Source: Spirochaetia bacterium
GTDB lineage: Bacteria > Spirochaetota > Spirochaetia > DSM-2461
Direction of reading: 5' to 3'
DNA: 64,000 bases
Assembly (NCBI GenBank): GCA_963666985.2
Contig: CAXXIA010000001.1
Span: 960,001-1,024,000, forward strand
Position numbers and translations under genes: made by a program. Below the pieces are notes generated by a model. The model saw only the letters and a list, made by a program, of their open reading frames with translations. It ran no database searches and was not told the DNA's origin. Position 1 is the stretch's first letter. The number at the start of each line of letters is the position of its first letter. This document shows positions 9,042-17,945 of this stretch, one piece after another.

Positions 9042-10085
9042 ATGAAAAGGATCTTGAACGTAGCGATGTTCTTGCTCTTCGTAATCGGTATGGTTTTCAT
9101 AACCGGATGCGGGAAAGAAGAACCCAAGGCCGCCGCTCCGGCAGCGGTGCAGCAAGCATCCGAGGATGCTCCGGCCGCAAAAAACTACACCGGAAAAATC
9201 GGCGTGTCCCTTCCCACCGCGACCCATGGCTATATGGGACGTGTTAACTGGTGGGCTCAGAAAGCGGTCGCCGATTGGGAAGCAAAGTGTCCGGATATCG
9301 AATTTCTTATCGTAGCGGCGGACAGTGTCGCCAAGCAGGCGGCGGATATTGAAGATTTGATGATTAAAGAAATTGACGCCCTTGTCTGTTTCCCCTTCGA
9401 TTCTTCTTTAACTTCCGTAGTTGAGAAAGCATATGAATCGGGCATCTATACGGTGGTTCTTGACCGCGGAACAACAAAGCCTGTTTATGATGTTTACATT
9501 TCCAATGATGATGAAGGCTATACACGTCTCGGAACGCGATGGATTGCCGACAAACTCGGTCCCGGCGCCAAACTGGTTGTTATTGAAGGTATCCCCTGTG
9601 AAATCAATACAATCCGTACCGAAACAATTAAAGCCACCGCCGATAAATATGGTCTTAAAGTTCTTGATTCCCAACCGGGTATGTGGAATCCCGAAAAAGC
9701 ATTGGCCGTAATGGAGAATTATCTGCAAAAGTATCCTGAAATTGATGCTGTTTACACCGCCGACGACGACATGATGAAAGGTGCTCTGCAGGCGTACAAA
9801 GAATCGGGCCGCAGCGATATAAAAGTTTTCCTCGGCGGAGGCGCCGATAAGGAAATTCTTGAAATGATTATGAACGATTCGAATCCTCTTGTAACGGCGG
9901 ATATTACGTATCCGCCGGACTGCATTGCCTCGGCCATCAGCCTTGCCGTTCTCGGTTATAATAACCAGGTTTTCGAAGGTTTTTATCAGAAGAAACTTCC
10001 GAAGCGCATGGTTATGCCCGCCGAGCTGATTACCAAGGAGAACGTGAAAACGTATTACGTTGCCGATGAGCTGAATTTTAAATAA
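9042..10085 (+). CDS. monosaccharide ABC transporter substrate-binding lipoprotein
   Basis: GGAGG RBS, lipobox ITGC, periplasmic-binding-protein type I motifs (Q..DIEDL, VVLDR, DDDMMKGA, GG). Confidence 0.92.
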   Translation: MKRILNVAMFLLFVIGMVFITGCGKEEPKAAAPAAVQQASEDAPAAKNYTGKIGVSLPTATHGYMGRVNWWAQKAVADWEAKCPDIEFLIVAADSVAKQAADIEDLMIKEIDALVCFPFDSSLTSVVEKAYESGIYTVVLDRGTTKPVYDVYISNDDEGYTRLGTRWIADKLGPGAKLVVIEGIPCEINTIRTETIKATADKYGLKVLDSQPGMWNPEKALAVMENYLQKYPEIDAVYTADDDMMKGALQAYKESGRSDIKVFLGGGADKEILEMIMNDSNPLVTADITYPPDCIASAISLAVLGYNNQVFEGFYQKKLPKRMVMPAELITKENVKTYYVADELNFK

Positions 10086-10102
10086 TCGGACTGATTTAGA
10101 GG

Positions 10103-10133
10103 AAAGCCGTCCGTTAAAGGGCGGCTTTTCTTA
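10103..10133. terminator. intrinsic terminator between convergent sugar SBP and guaA (probably bidirectional)
   Basis: AAAGCCGTCC-loop-GGGCGGCTTT followed by T-rich tract. Confidence 0.8.
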
Positions 10134-10143
10134 TTTTAAATGC

Positions 10144-11697
10144 TTATTCCCACTCAATCGTCGCGGGCGGCTTGGAGGAAATATCGTAGACCACACGGCC
10201 CACTTCCCGAACTTCATTTGTAATTCTGGAAGAAATTTCCAGCAAATCGCGTGTCGGGAAATCATAGACATCCGCCGTCATGCCGTCACGGCTCACCACG
10301 GCCCTGAGCGCAAGAACGTATCCATACTCCCGTGCATCGCCGGTAACCCCTACGGAACGCACCGGGAGAAGCACGGAGAACGCCTGCCATATTTCATCAT
10401 ACAGGTTTCTTTCCCTAAGCTCCTGAAGATATATCGCATCGGCTTTCCGCAGAATATCGAGTTTCGCCTTAGTCACATCCGAGAGAATGCGAATCCCCAG
10501 CCCCGGTCCCGGGAAGGGATGCCTGCCCACAATATCGGCCGGGAGTCCGAGTAAAGTTCCGAGCCGGCGAACTTCATCTTTGTAAAGCCGTTCCAGAGGT
10601 TCCACGAGATCGCCGGCTTCACGCTTTGCCTGTACCAGCGGAGTCCCGACATTGTGATGGCTTTTGATAACCTGCGCTTGATTCCCAACGCCTTTACCGG
10701 ATTCGATAAGATCCGTATACAAAGTCCCTTGAGCCAGAAGATAACCATCGGGAATATGTTTTCCAATTTCCTCTTGCTGAACTTTCATGAAAACATCACC
10801 GATGATCTTCCGTTTTTCCTCCGGATCGGTCACGCCCGAGAGCGGCTTGAGGAATCTCTCCTCGGCATCGATGATAAGAAGATTTTCAGCGCCTAATCGG
10901 TGCAAATGTTCACTAACCTCTTCCGTTTCGCCCTTACGCATCATTCCGGTATCCACATACATCAGCCAAACCTGACGATGTGGAAGTGCCTTGAGCAGAA
11001 GAGCCGCGGCTACAGTCGAATCCACGCCGCCCGATATCAGGAGAAGCACATTTCGCTTCCCGACTTTTTCTCTGAGCGCGGAGGATTCCTGATCAATATA
11101 ACCTTCGAGGGTCCATTCTTTTCGCGCACCGCAAATACCGCAGGCGAAATTCTCCAAAAGAGAATTACCGTATTCACAATGACTGGCCTCGGGATGAAAC
11201 TGGACTCCCCAAACCGGCAGGTTATTATGAGCGGCGGCCGAACAGACGCCGTTTTCGCTTTCGGCGATACTGTCGAAATCGCGGCCGAGCGCGGCGACAC
11301 TGTCGCCGTGGCTCATCCACGAAAGAAACTCATCGGGAATATCCGAAAATAAAGGATTGCCGCCGATATGACGACGGACAAGTGAACGCCCATATTCACG
11401 ATGAGGAAGAGGCTTCACCTCTCCGCCGTTCATTATCGTTAATTGATGAAAGCCGTAACAAATTCCCAGCACGGGCAAACCGCATTCCCAGAGAGCCTCA
11501 TCGGGCGCGGGCGAGTCTTCCCGCCAGGAAGAATGCGGAGAACCCGAGAGGATGATTCCTTTAATATCGTCATGAAGAACATCCCGAAGAGAAGCGTCTC
11601 CCGGTGCGATTTCGGAATATACTCCGAAATCGCGAATTCTTCGTCCGATCAGCTGAGTCGTTTGTCCGCCGAAATCAAGAATCAGGATAGAGTCCAC
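10144..11697 (-). CDS. guaA: GMP synthase (glutamine-hydrolysing)
   Basis: LDFG, GICYG, QFHPE, SGGVDS, KSHHNV, HPFPGPGLG, KPPATIEWE. Confidence 0.98.
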   Translation of the reverse strand: MDSILILDFGGQTTQLIGRRIRDFGVYSEIAPGDASLRDVLHDDIKGIILSGSPHSSWREDSPAPDEALWECGLPVLGICYGFHQLTIMNGGEVKPLPHREYGRSLVRRHIGGNPLFSDIPDEFLSWMSHGDSVAALGRDFDSIAESENGVCSAAAHNNLPVWGVQFHPEASHCEYGNSLLENFACGICGARKEWTLEGYIDQESSALREKVGKRNVLLLISGGVDSTVAAALLLKALPHRQVWLMYVDTGMMRKGETEEVSEHLHRLGAENLLIIDAEERFLKPLSGVTDPEEKRKIIGDVFMKVQQEEIGKHIPDGYLLAQGTLYTDLIESGKGVGNQAQVIKSHHNVGTPLVQAKREAGDLVEPLERLYKDEVRRLGTLLGLPADIVGRHPFPGPGLGIRILSDVTKAKLDILRKADAIYLQELRERNLYDEIWQAFSVLLPVRSVGVTGDAREYGYVLALRAVVSRDGMTADVYDFPTRDLLEISSRITNEVREVGRVVYDISSKPPATIEWE

Positions 11698-12911
11698 GGA
11701 TCCACCTTCATGAACGTTTCATCTCTTAACGGACCGACCGAATATCCGTGGACGGGAACATCGGTGAATTCTTCAATAAAGGAAACGGCGGCTTTGGCCT
11801 TTTCCGGCAGATCTTCCCAACTGCGGGCTTCCGCGACTTTGCCCTCCCAGCCGTCAAGATATTCGATAACGGGTACGACTTTTTCCAGTTCGGCGGGATT
11901 CGACGGGAAATAATCGATCCGCTCGCCGTTGAGCTCATAAGCCGTACACACCCCGATTTTTTCGAACCCGTCGTAGAGGTTCAGATGGGAGAGGATGAAA
12001 CCGTCGAGGCTGTTCACCCATCCCGAATATTTCAGGGCCACCAAATCCAAATAACCGATGCGGCGGGGTCTTCCTGTCGTTACACCGTACTCATGACCGA
12101 GTTGTCTGAGTGTATCGCCGATTTCGGCCTCTTTTCCTTCCTTCATCTCCGTCGGGAACGGCCCGTTGCCGACGCGTGTTTGATAGGCCTTGAAAACTCC
12201 GAGGCATTTATCGATGCGTCTGGGGCCGATGGTCGCGCCGAGAGCGGCTCCGGCGCTTACGGAGATACCGGAGGAAACATACGGATAAGTTCCGTTATCC
12301 AGGTCCAGAAGGGCTCCCTGCGCCCCTTCCAGGAGAATCTTTTTCCCGGTGTTTTTCATCATGAAAGCCGCAAGGTTTACCTTCATGACTTCGATGCGTT
12401 CTTTATATGGCTCCAGCCAGTCACGGTCGGTGGAGCTGAGCGCTTCCCATACGACAGGATCCCACAGATCGGCGACTCTGATGCCGTCACGGGAAGCTTT
12501 TTTCCCATAGGCCACGCCGATTCCGCGCCCCGTGGTGCCGATCGGCCGAGCCCGATGCTCGTCGATGCTCAAATCTTCACTTTTATAGCTGGGAAGAACC
12601 AAATGCGCCCTGTCCGATACAACGACACGGCCTTCCCAGTCCACGCCCTGAGCGGCTATTCCGGCCAGCTCTTCAAACATCGACGCGGGATCAATCACCA
12701 TCCCGCTTCCGAGCACCACGGTTTTTCCCGGAGATATGATTCCGGCCGGAATAAGGTGGAGAGCAAACGTTTTATCGTCGACCTTGACGGTATGACCGGC
12801 GTTCGCGCCTCCGGAAAAACGAACCACCAAGTCCGCGTTTTCGGAGAAGTAGTCCACCATCTTGCCTTTTCCCTCATCGCCCCATTGGGCTCCGACAATT
12901 ACCAGATTCAT
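11682..12911 (-). CDS. purA: adenylosuccinate synthetase
   Basis: GAQWGDEGKGK, GGANAGHT, IGTTGRGIG, EGAQG, TRVGNGPFPTE. Confidence 0.98.
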   Translation of the reverse strand: MNLVIVGAQWGDEGKGKMVDYFSENADLVVRFSGGANAGHTVKVDDKTFALHLIPAGIISPGKTVVLGSGMVIDPASMFEELAGIAAQGVDWEGRVVVSDRAHLVLPSYKSEDLSIDEHRARPIGTTGRGIGVAYGKKASRDGIRVADLWDPVVWEALSSTDRDWLEPYKERIEVMKVNLAAFMMKNTGKKILLEGAQGALLDLDNGTYPYVSSGISVSAGAALGATIGPRRIDKCLGVFKAYQTRVGNGPFPTEMKEGKEAEIGDTLRQLGHEYGVTTGRPRRIGYLDLVALKYSGWVNSLDGFILSHLNLYDGFEKIGVCTAYELNGERIDYFPSNPAELEKVVPVIEYLDGWEGKVAEARSWEDLPEKAKAAVSFIEEFTDVPVHGYSVGPLRDETFMKVDPWTLS

Positions 12912-13105
12912 TGAATTTGCTCCTATCTGTTTGAAGGCCGCATTATGCCTGAATTTTTAAGAACCGCGAATTTTCCCGCGCGATTCGGAGTCGGATTTCA
13001 ACCGCCGTGAATTCGCATCGTTTGACGTATCGTCGATTTCACGGACAACTCTCATATCCGCTGCGGATTACAGACGGACATTCACTTACCGGATCAGCGG
13101 ATTTG

Positions 13106-14545
13106 CTAGGATCTGGTGTAATTGGGGGCCTCTTGGGTAATACTGACATCATGCGCATGACTCTCTCGAAGACCCGCCGACGATATCTTGATGAATCGCC
13201 GGTACTTGCGCAAGTCCGCAAGAGTGGCACAGCCGGTATAACCCATTCCTTTCTTCAAGCCGGTAACCAACTGATGCAGATACGGCTTTAATTCGCCTTT
13301 ATACGGAACACGTCCTTCAATCCCTTCGGGTACAGGCTCTTCGCCTTCGGCCATGCGGTATCGGTCTCCCCCGCCCGATTGAATCGCGGCGATGGAGCCC
13401 ATGCCTCTGTAGGATTTAAAGATACGGCCTTCATAAATAATTTCTCTGCCGGGAGACTCTTTCAGTCCCGCGAAAATATTCCCAATCATAACCGCGGAAG
13501 CTCCCGCGCCGATCGCTTTGACGATATCACCCGAATACTTAATCCCTCCGTCGGCGATTACGGGAATGCCGTAGGAATCGCAGACTTCAACGGCCTCAAC
13601 AACCGCCGTAAACTGAGGAACGCCGATACCCGCGACGATCCGCGTGGTACAAATCGACCCCGGCCCAACCCCGACTTTAACGGCGTCGGCCCCGGCCTTC
13701 ACAAGTCTGAGCGCTCCGTCTCCATCGGCGATATTCCCTCCGATAATCGGAATTCCGGGCCAGGCATTCTTAATCTCGCCGATTGACTTGAGGACTTCCG
13801 AAGAAGCTCCGTGGGCCGTATCAAGAACAAGAAAGTCCACCTTTGCTTTCGCCAGTTCCGGCATTCGCCGGCGCCAATCCTGAGGACTCACGGCGGCGCC
13901 CACGATAAGACTTCCGTTTTCATCCAGGGCGGCATTCGGATAATCCCGGTGCTTCTCCATATCCCGTACGGTAATAAGCCCCGTAAGCGTTCCCTGATGA
14001 TCAACGACGGGAAGCTTTTCAATACGATGCTTATCGAATTTTTCTCTTGCCGTATCTTCGGTCGGCGTTCCTGTTTCAACGACCAGTTTCGTCGTCATGA
14101 CATCGTCGACCATATCCTCGGGATGAACGTTGAATTTTAAATCCCGTTCGGTAATGATGCCGACGAGTTTTCCCGAATCGAGAACGGGCAGACCCGTTAC
14201 ACCGGTTTCGTCCATGATTTTCCGAACTTGAGCCAGTGTGATTCCGGTTGATACCGTTACGGGATTTTCTATAACCCAGTTTAAAAAACGTTTTACCTTC
14301 GCTACCTGCCGTGCCTGCTCTTCGGGAGGCAGATTGCGGTGAATCACTCCGGCCCCGCCGTCGAGCGCCAAGGCGATGGCCATGCGATCTTCGGTAACCG
14401 TATCCATCGCCGCTGAGATAATCGGCACATTCAGCTTAATATTCCCGGCGAGAACGGTTCCCACATCGGCATCACCGGGTAAAACTTCCGAATATGCCGG
14501 GGATAAAAGAACATCGTCGTAGCTTAAGGCCTCTCTGATTTCCAT
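13106..14545 (-). CDS. guaB: IMP dehydrogenase (with CBS pair)
   Basis: [28 protein letters not shown]; start MEIREAL after GGAGG, TAATG overlap with purB. Confidence 0.98.
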   Translation of the reverse strand: MEIREALSYDDVLLSPAYSEVLPGDADVGTVLAGNIKLNVPIISAAMDTVTEDRMAIALALDGGAGVIHRNLPPEEQARQVAKVKRFLNWVIENPVTVSTGITLAQVRKIMDETGVTGLPVLDSGKLVGIITERDLKFNVHPEDMVDDVMTTKLVVETGTPTEDTAREKFDKHRIEKLPVVDHQGTLTGLITVRDMEKHRDYPNAALDENGSLIVGAAVSPQDWRRRMPELAKAKVDFLVLDTAHGASSEVLKSIGEIKNAWPGIPIIGGNIADGDGALRLVKAGADAVKVGVGPGSICTTRIVAGIGVPQFTAVVEAVEVCDSYGIPVIADGGIKYSGDIVKAIGAGASAVMIGNIFAGLKESPGREIIYEGRIFKSYRGMGSIAAIQSGGGDRYRMAEGEEPVPEGIEGRVPYKGELKPYLHQLVTGLKKGMGYTGCATLADLRKYRRFIKISSAGLRESHAHDVSITQEAPNYTRS

Positions 14546-15975
14546 TACAATTCCTCCCGTATCGTTTTGGATATCGATTGATATTTCGATGCAATGTCCC
14601 GAGCTCGTTTGGATGCGAGCCCGGAGTATGATTTCGGATCGGCGTAAAAATCCTCGGCGGAAACCCTTAAAACGGCGTTCAAACGATTTGAAATCGCCTC
14701 CCATTCCCGGGGATGCTCGTCTTTAAAAACATCTTTCAAGGAGCGTCCCGATCCGTCGGCTTCAAGAGTGGCATTACGGACGATTTCATGCGCATCACCG
14801 TAACCGGAAAGGGCCAGAAGGATGTATGTGGGTTCGGCCAAAACTCCGTCTCCCAGACCGGAGAGATTTTCCAGCATTTGTTCCTTCCTGACGACCAAAG
14901 CTTCCATGACTTTTTTCATCCTGGCGGCGGCGGCGGCGAATCCGGCGATGTAATCCGTAATAAAGCGGCTTGAAGCCGAATTGGTCAAATCCCTCTGATG
15001 TTCCGAAATCTGATCCATGTAAAAGCTCATAACCCGAGGACAAAAGGCTTTCCAGAGACTCTTCACATGCTCGCTGTTCCAGGGATTCCTCTTTTGAGGC
15101 ATCGTGGACGAGCCAACCTGGCCTTTGCCGAACGATTCAACAACTTCCCCTATCTCGGATCGCTGCAGATGCCGACAGTCATCCGCCAGATTCGCCAAAA
15201 TACCGAAAGTCACATTCATTTCCAAAAGGAGCCTGAGCAAATGTTCGGGTTCAACGATTTGATTGGCATAATCGGCTTTTTGCAGACCCAAAGTGTCGAG
15301 GTATTCTTTTTCCATGGATTCCGGATCGGCCGTAATTATGCTGGTGGCGTTATAGGCGCCGACGGCCCCCGCAAGCTTTCCGCGAAGATTCCTTGATCGA
15401 TTCTCCAATTCAATAATGGACTGCCCCAGTCTTGAAACATATTCGGCCAAAGCGAAACCATACGTAATGGGCACGGCCAATTGACCGTGGGTGCGGCCCA
15501 CCTGCGGTGTTTCCGCCTCTTCGAATGTTTTTTTTATGAGAACATCAAGAAGATCCAGAAGCAGCGGCAGAATGGTGCCTCTGAGCGCATCTCTTATTCT
15601 CATCGACATGGCCGTATCGAGAATGTCTACCGACGTGGCCCCGAGATGAACCCAGGGCGCCAAATCCGGCGGAAGATATTTCTGTATCACATTCACCAAA
15701 GCTCTGATGTTGTGGTGGGTGATTTCTTCTTCGGCCGCCACTTCTTCAGGCGTAACGGAGGTTTCAAGAGCTTCGACGGCCTTTAAAAAGCGTTCATCGT
15801 TATTCAGACTGTTCTTTATGTGCGCCTTGAGAAGAGAAGACTCGGCACGCACCAGATATCCGACGGCCGCCTTCTCACTGAGTGTTTTTGAAAGATTATC
15901 AAAAAGATTTTTATTCGCCGCCCAGTACCTGTGGTCAAGAGGCGAAAGATTCAAGAAAGGATCTCTGTATTCCAT
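14545..15975 (-). CDS. purB: adenylosuccinate lyase
   Basis: SPLDHRY, HLGATSVDI, GRTHGQ, GSSTMPQKRNP, QRDLTNS. Confidence 0.96.
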   Translation of the reverse strand: MEYRDPFLNLSPLDHRYWAANKNLFDNLSKTLSEKAAVGYLVRAESSLLKAHIKNSLNNDERFLKAVEALETSVTPEEVAAEEEITHHNIRALVNVIQKYLPPDLAPWVHLGATSVDILDTAMSMRIRDALRGTILPLLLDLLDVLIKKTFEEAETPQVGRTHGQLAVPITYGFALAEYVSRLGQSIIELENRSRNLRGKLAGAVGAYNATSIITADPESMEKEYLDTLGLQKADYANQIVEPEHLLRLLLEMNVTFGILANLADDCRHLQRSEIGEVVESFGKGQVGSSTMPQKRNPWNSEHVKSLWKAFCPRVMSFYMDQISEHQRDLTNSASSRFITDYIAGFAAAAARMKKVMEALVVRKEQMLENLSGLGDGVLAEPTYILLALSGYGDAHEIVRNATLEADGSGRSLKDVFKDEHPREWEAISNRLNAVLRVSAEDFYADPKSYSGLASKRARDIASKYQSISKTIREEL

Positions 15976-16066
15976 GAAGAATGATGCCCGAAACAATAAG
16001 TGATTTTCAAGCCCTATTATATGCTTGACCAAATCGGCGGAAGACCGTTAAAGTCTTCTTCGTCCC

Positions 16067-16138
16067 GCGCCTGTCGTATAATGGTTATTACCTCAGCCTT
16101 CCAAGCTGATGACGTCGGTTCGATTCCGATCAGGCGCT
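16067..16138 (+). tRNA. tRNA-Gly (anticodon TCC), CCA not encoded
   Basis: Acceptor stem GCGCCTG/CAGGCGC, anticodon arm TCAGC-CTTCCAA-GCTGA, T-arm GGTTCGATTCC, discriminator T; upstream TTGACC-18-TAAAGT. Confidence 0.96.
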
Positions 16139-16290
16139 GAGAGCGAGAGGAATGACGGAGCTTGCTTCATCATTCCCGAGCCGAAGCGGCCGACACCCGA
16201 AGGGTGATCAGGCGCTGCAATCAAAAACCGTGAGAAACCGAAGCTTGCACGTGGCCGAACAAAAGCGGCCGACACCCGAAGGCAGGCGCT
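16128..16290 (+). repeat. tRNA-linked tandem repeats (two units of ~75-78 bp, each ending in the tRNA 3' end)
   Basis: CAGGCGCT at 16131, 16209, 16283; AAGCGGCCGACACCCGAAGG at 16184-16203 and 16263-16282; GCTTGC at 16160 and 16243. Confidence 0.8.
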
Positions 16291-16333
16291 TATGGTGAGA
16301 GCCGCGGGCGAGCGGCAGCCATCATATGATTTT

Positions 16334-16915
16334 TCACCTTAAATCCAGAAACTTTTTTGCATCGTCATAGTCTTTCTTTGTATCAACGTCCTTAACAACA
16401 CCGGAATGATCCCAGGGAATCGGCTTCAATACGGCTTTCTGCAGCGATTTATAAAGAGGCTCATCTTTCGCCGATTCCATGACCGTTTTTATTCCTTTGG
16501 GTCCCAGCAGAACCGGATGCCCCGGAATTCCTTGATACAGCGGCCGGGAACAGATTCCATTCCCTTCGGCGGCCAATCGCAGAAAATCGGAACTTTTCAC
16601 CAGAGGCATGTCGCCGGGAACGAGAAAAACCGATTCGGATTCAATCAATTCAAGAGCTCCGCGGATGGTGGCCCCCATTCCCGCTTCCCAGTCACGAATC
16701 TCGGCGATCATCACATCGGATCTTGAGGCAAAGATTTTTCGCAGCTCATCGATTCGATAGCCGCCCGCGATGATTGTTCTGCAGCCCGCCGCGAGAGAGG
16801 CTTCCGCGACGGATTCGATAACGGTATGATTCCCCCACGGCATCGCAATTTTCCATTCCCCCATCCGCGAGGAAAATCCCGCGGCCGGTATGATACAATC
16901 GGGAATTGTTTCCAT
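16334..16915 (-). CDS. nucleotidyltransferase family protein (MocA/MobA-like)
   Basis: IPAAGFSSRMG, GDMP, GHPVL, DVDT motifs; start after GGAGG. Confidence 0.85.
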   Translation of the reverse strand: METIPDCIIPAAGFSSRMGEWKIAMPWGNHTVIESVAEASLAAGCRTIIAGGYRIDELRKIFASRSDVMIAEIRDWEAGMGATIRGALELIESESVFLVPGDMPLVKSSDFLRLAAEGNGICSRPLYQGIPGHPVLLGPKGIKTVMESAKDEPLYKSLQKAVLKPIPWDHSGVVKDVDTKKDYDDAKKFLDLR

Positions 16916-16956
16916 ATTAGAAATTCCTCCGATCAGCAAGTATATTTTATTTAGGT

Positions 16957-17937
16957 ATGATGATGACATTAGACGAAATCAGGCAATTTCTTGAAGACAC
17001 GAATAAGCTTCTACTGACAACACACGAGTCACCGGATGGAGACGGACTTGGTGCCGAATACGCCCTTTGTGAGGCATTCCTTCAGCTTGGAAAGGAAATT
17101 TGTGTATTAAATGCGGAAATACCATCTTCAAAATATGCGTTCATCGACAAGAAAGGCCTTCTGAAAACTCTTGGTATCGATGCCGAATATCCTCAGGATC
17201 TTAATGAATGGACCCTCGTTGTTCTCGATACGGAGCCGACGAATATCGGGAGTATCTCCGAAACCGTGCTTAACGAATGCAGAGATGTCGTCGTTATCGA
17301 CCATCATAAACCGAAAACGAACATAAACTATCGAGGATGGCTCGCGCCCGAATCATCGTCAACGTGTGAGATGGTTTTTCAAATCATCGATGATATGAAG
17401 CTGAAGATCCGAAAGGATATGGCCGTGGCCCTTTATGCGGGCATCGTCTACGACACAGGTTCCTTCATTTATCCGAAAACACAGGCACAAACCTTTCGAA
17501 TAGCCGAGAATCTTGTTTCCAAGGGCGTAATCCCCAACGAAATCTATACAAAACTGTATGAAAGCAAATCCGCCGGCGCGCTTATCTGTCAATCGCTTGT
17601 TACAAGCACCATGTCGCTTCGGGATAACGGACGTGTCGGAGTCCAAATCATGCCGAGGGAAACACTCATCGCGTCGGGGGCCGTTTATGATGAAACGCAG
17701 GAAATCGTCAATATTCCGCTTCAATGCTCCGATGTCCGCGCCTCGGTTTTTCTTAAAGAAAACAAGCAGGGTATTCGCCGATGTTCCATCCGATCAAAAG
17801 GAGAAGTCGATTGCGCCGCCATCGCGCATACTTTCGGCGGCGGAGGCCATAAAACCGCCGCGGGTTTCAAGTTCGTCGATTCATTCGAGGAAATCCTTGA
17901 AAAGATTCTTGATGCGATACACAACTACTTAACATAA
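16957..17937 (+). CDS. nrnA: DHH/DHHA1 phosphoesterase (NrnA-like oligoribonuclease/pAp phosphatase)
   Basis: HESPDGD, IDHH, YDTGSF, SIRS, GGGGHKTAAG. Confidence 0.88.
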   Translation: MMMTLDEIRQFLEDTNKLLLTTHESPDGDGLGAEYALCEAFLQLGKEICVLNAEIPSSKYAFIDKKGLLKTLGIDAEYPQDLNEWTLVVLDTEPTNIGSISETVLNECRDVVVIDHHKPKTNINYRGWLAPESSSTCEMVFQIIDDMKLKIRKDMAVALYAGIVYDTGSFIYPKTQAQTFRIAENLVSKGVIPNEIYTKLYESKSAGALICQSLVTSTMSLRDNGRVGVQIMPRETLIASGAVYDETQEIVNIPLQCSDVRASVFLKENKQGIRRCSIRSKGEVDCAAIAHTFGGGGHKTAAGFKFVDSFEEILEKILDAIHNYLT

Positions 17938-17945
17938 TCCTGTAT

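Noticed and set aside
11748..12914. 388-aa plus-strand ORF
   Set aside because: Antisense shadow of purA; no recognisable motifs
12912..13105. Purine, ZTP or PRPP/ppGpp riboswitch upstream of purA
   Set aside because: I could not find the conserved cores of these aptamers; kept only as an unclassified structured spacer
16093..16275. 60-aa minus-strand ORF
   Set aside because: Antisense to tRNA-Gly and its repeats; no protein features
16184..16282. Two identical 20-mers separated by 59 bp as a mini CRISPR array
   Set aside because: Only two copies, repeat too short, the intervening DNA contains a tRNA-end duplicate, and no cas genes are in the window; better explained as tRNA-linked repeats
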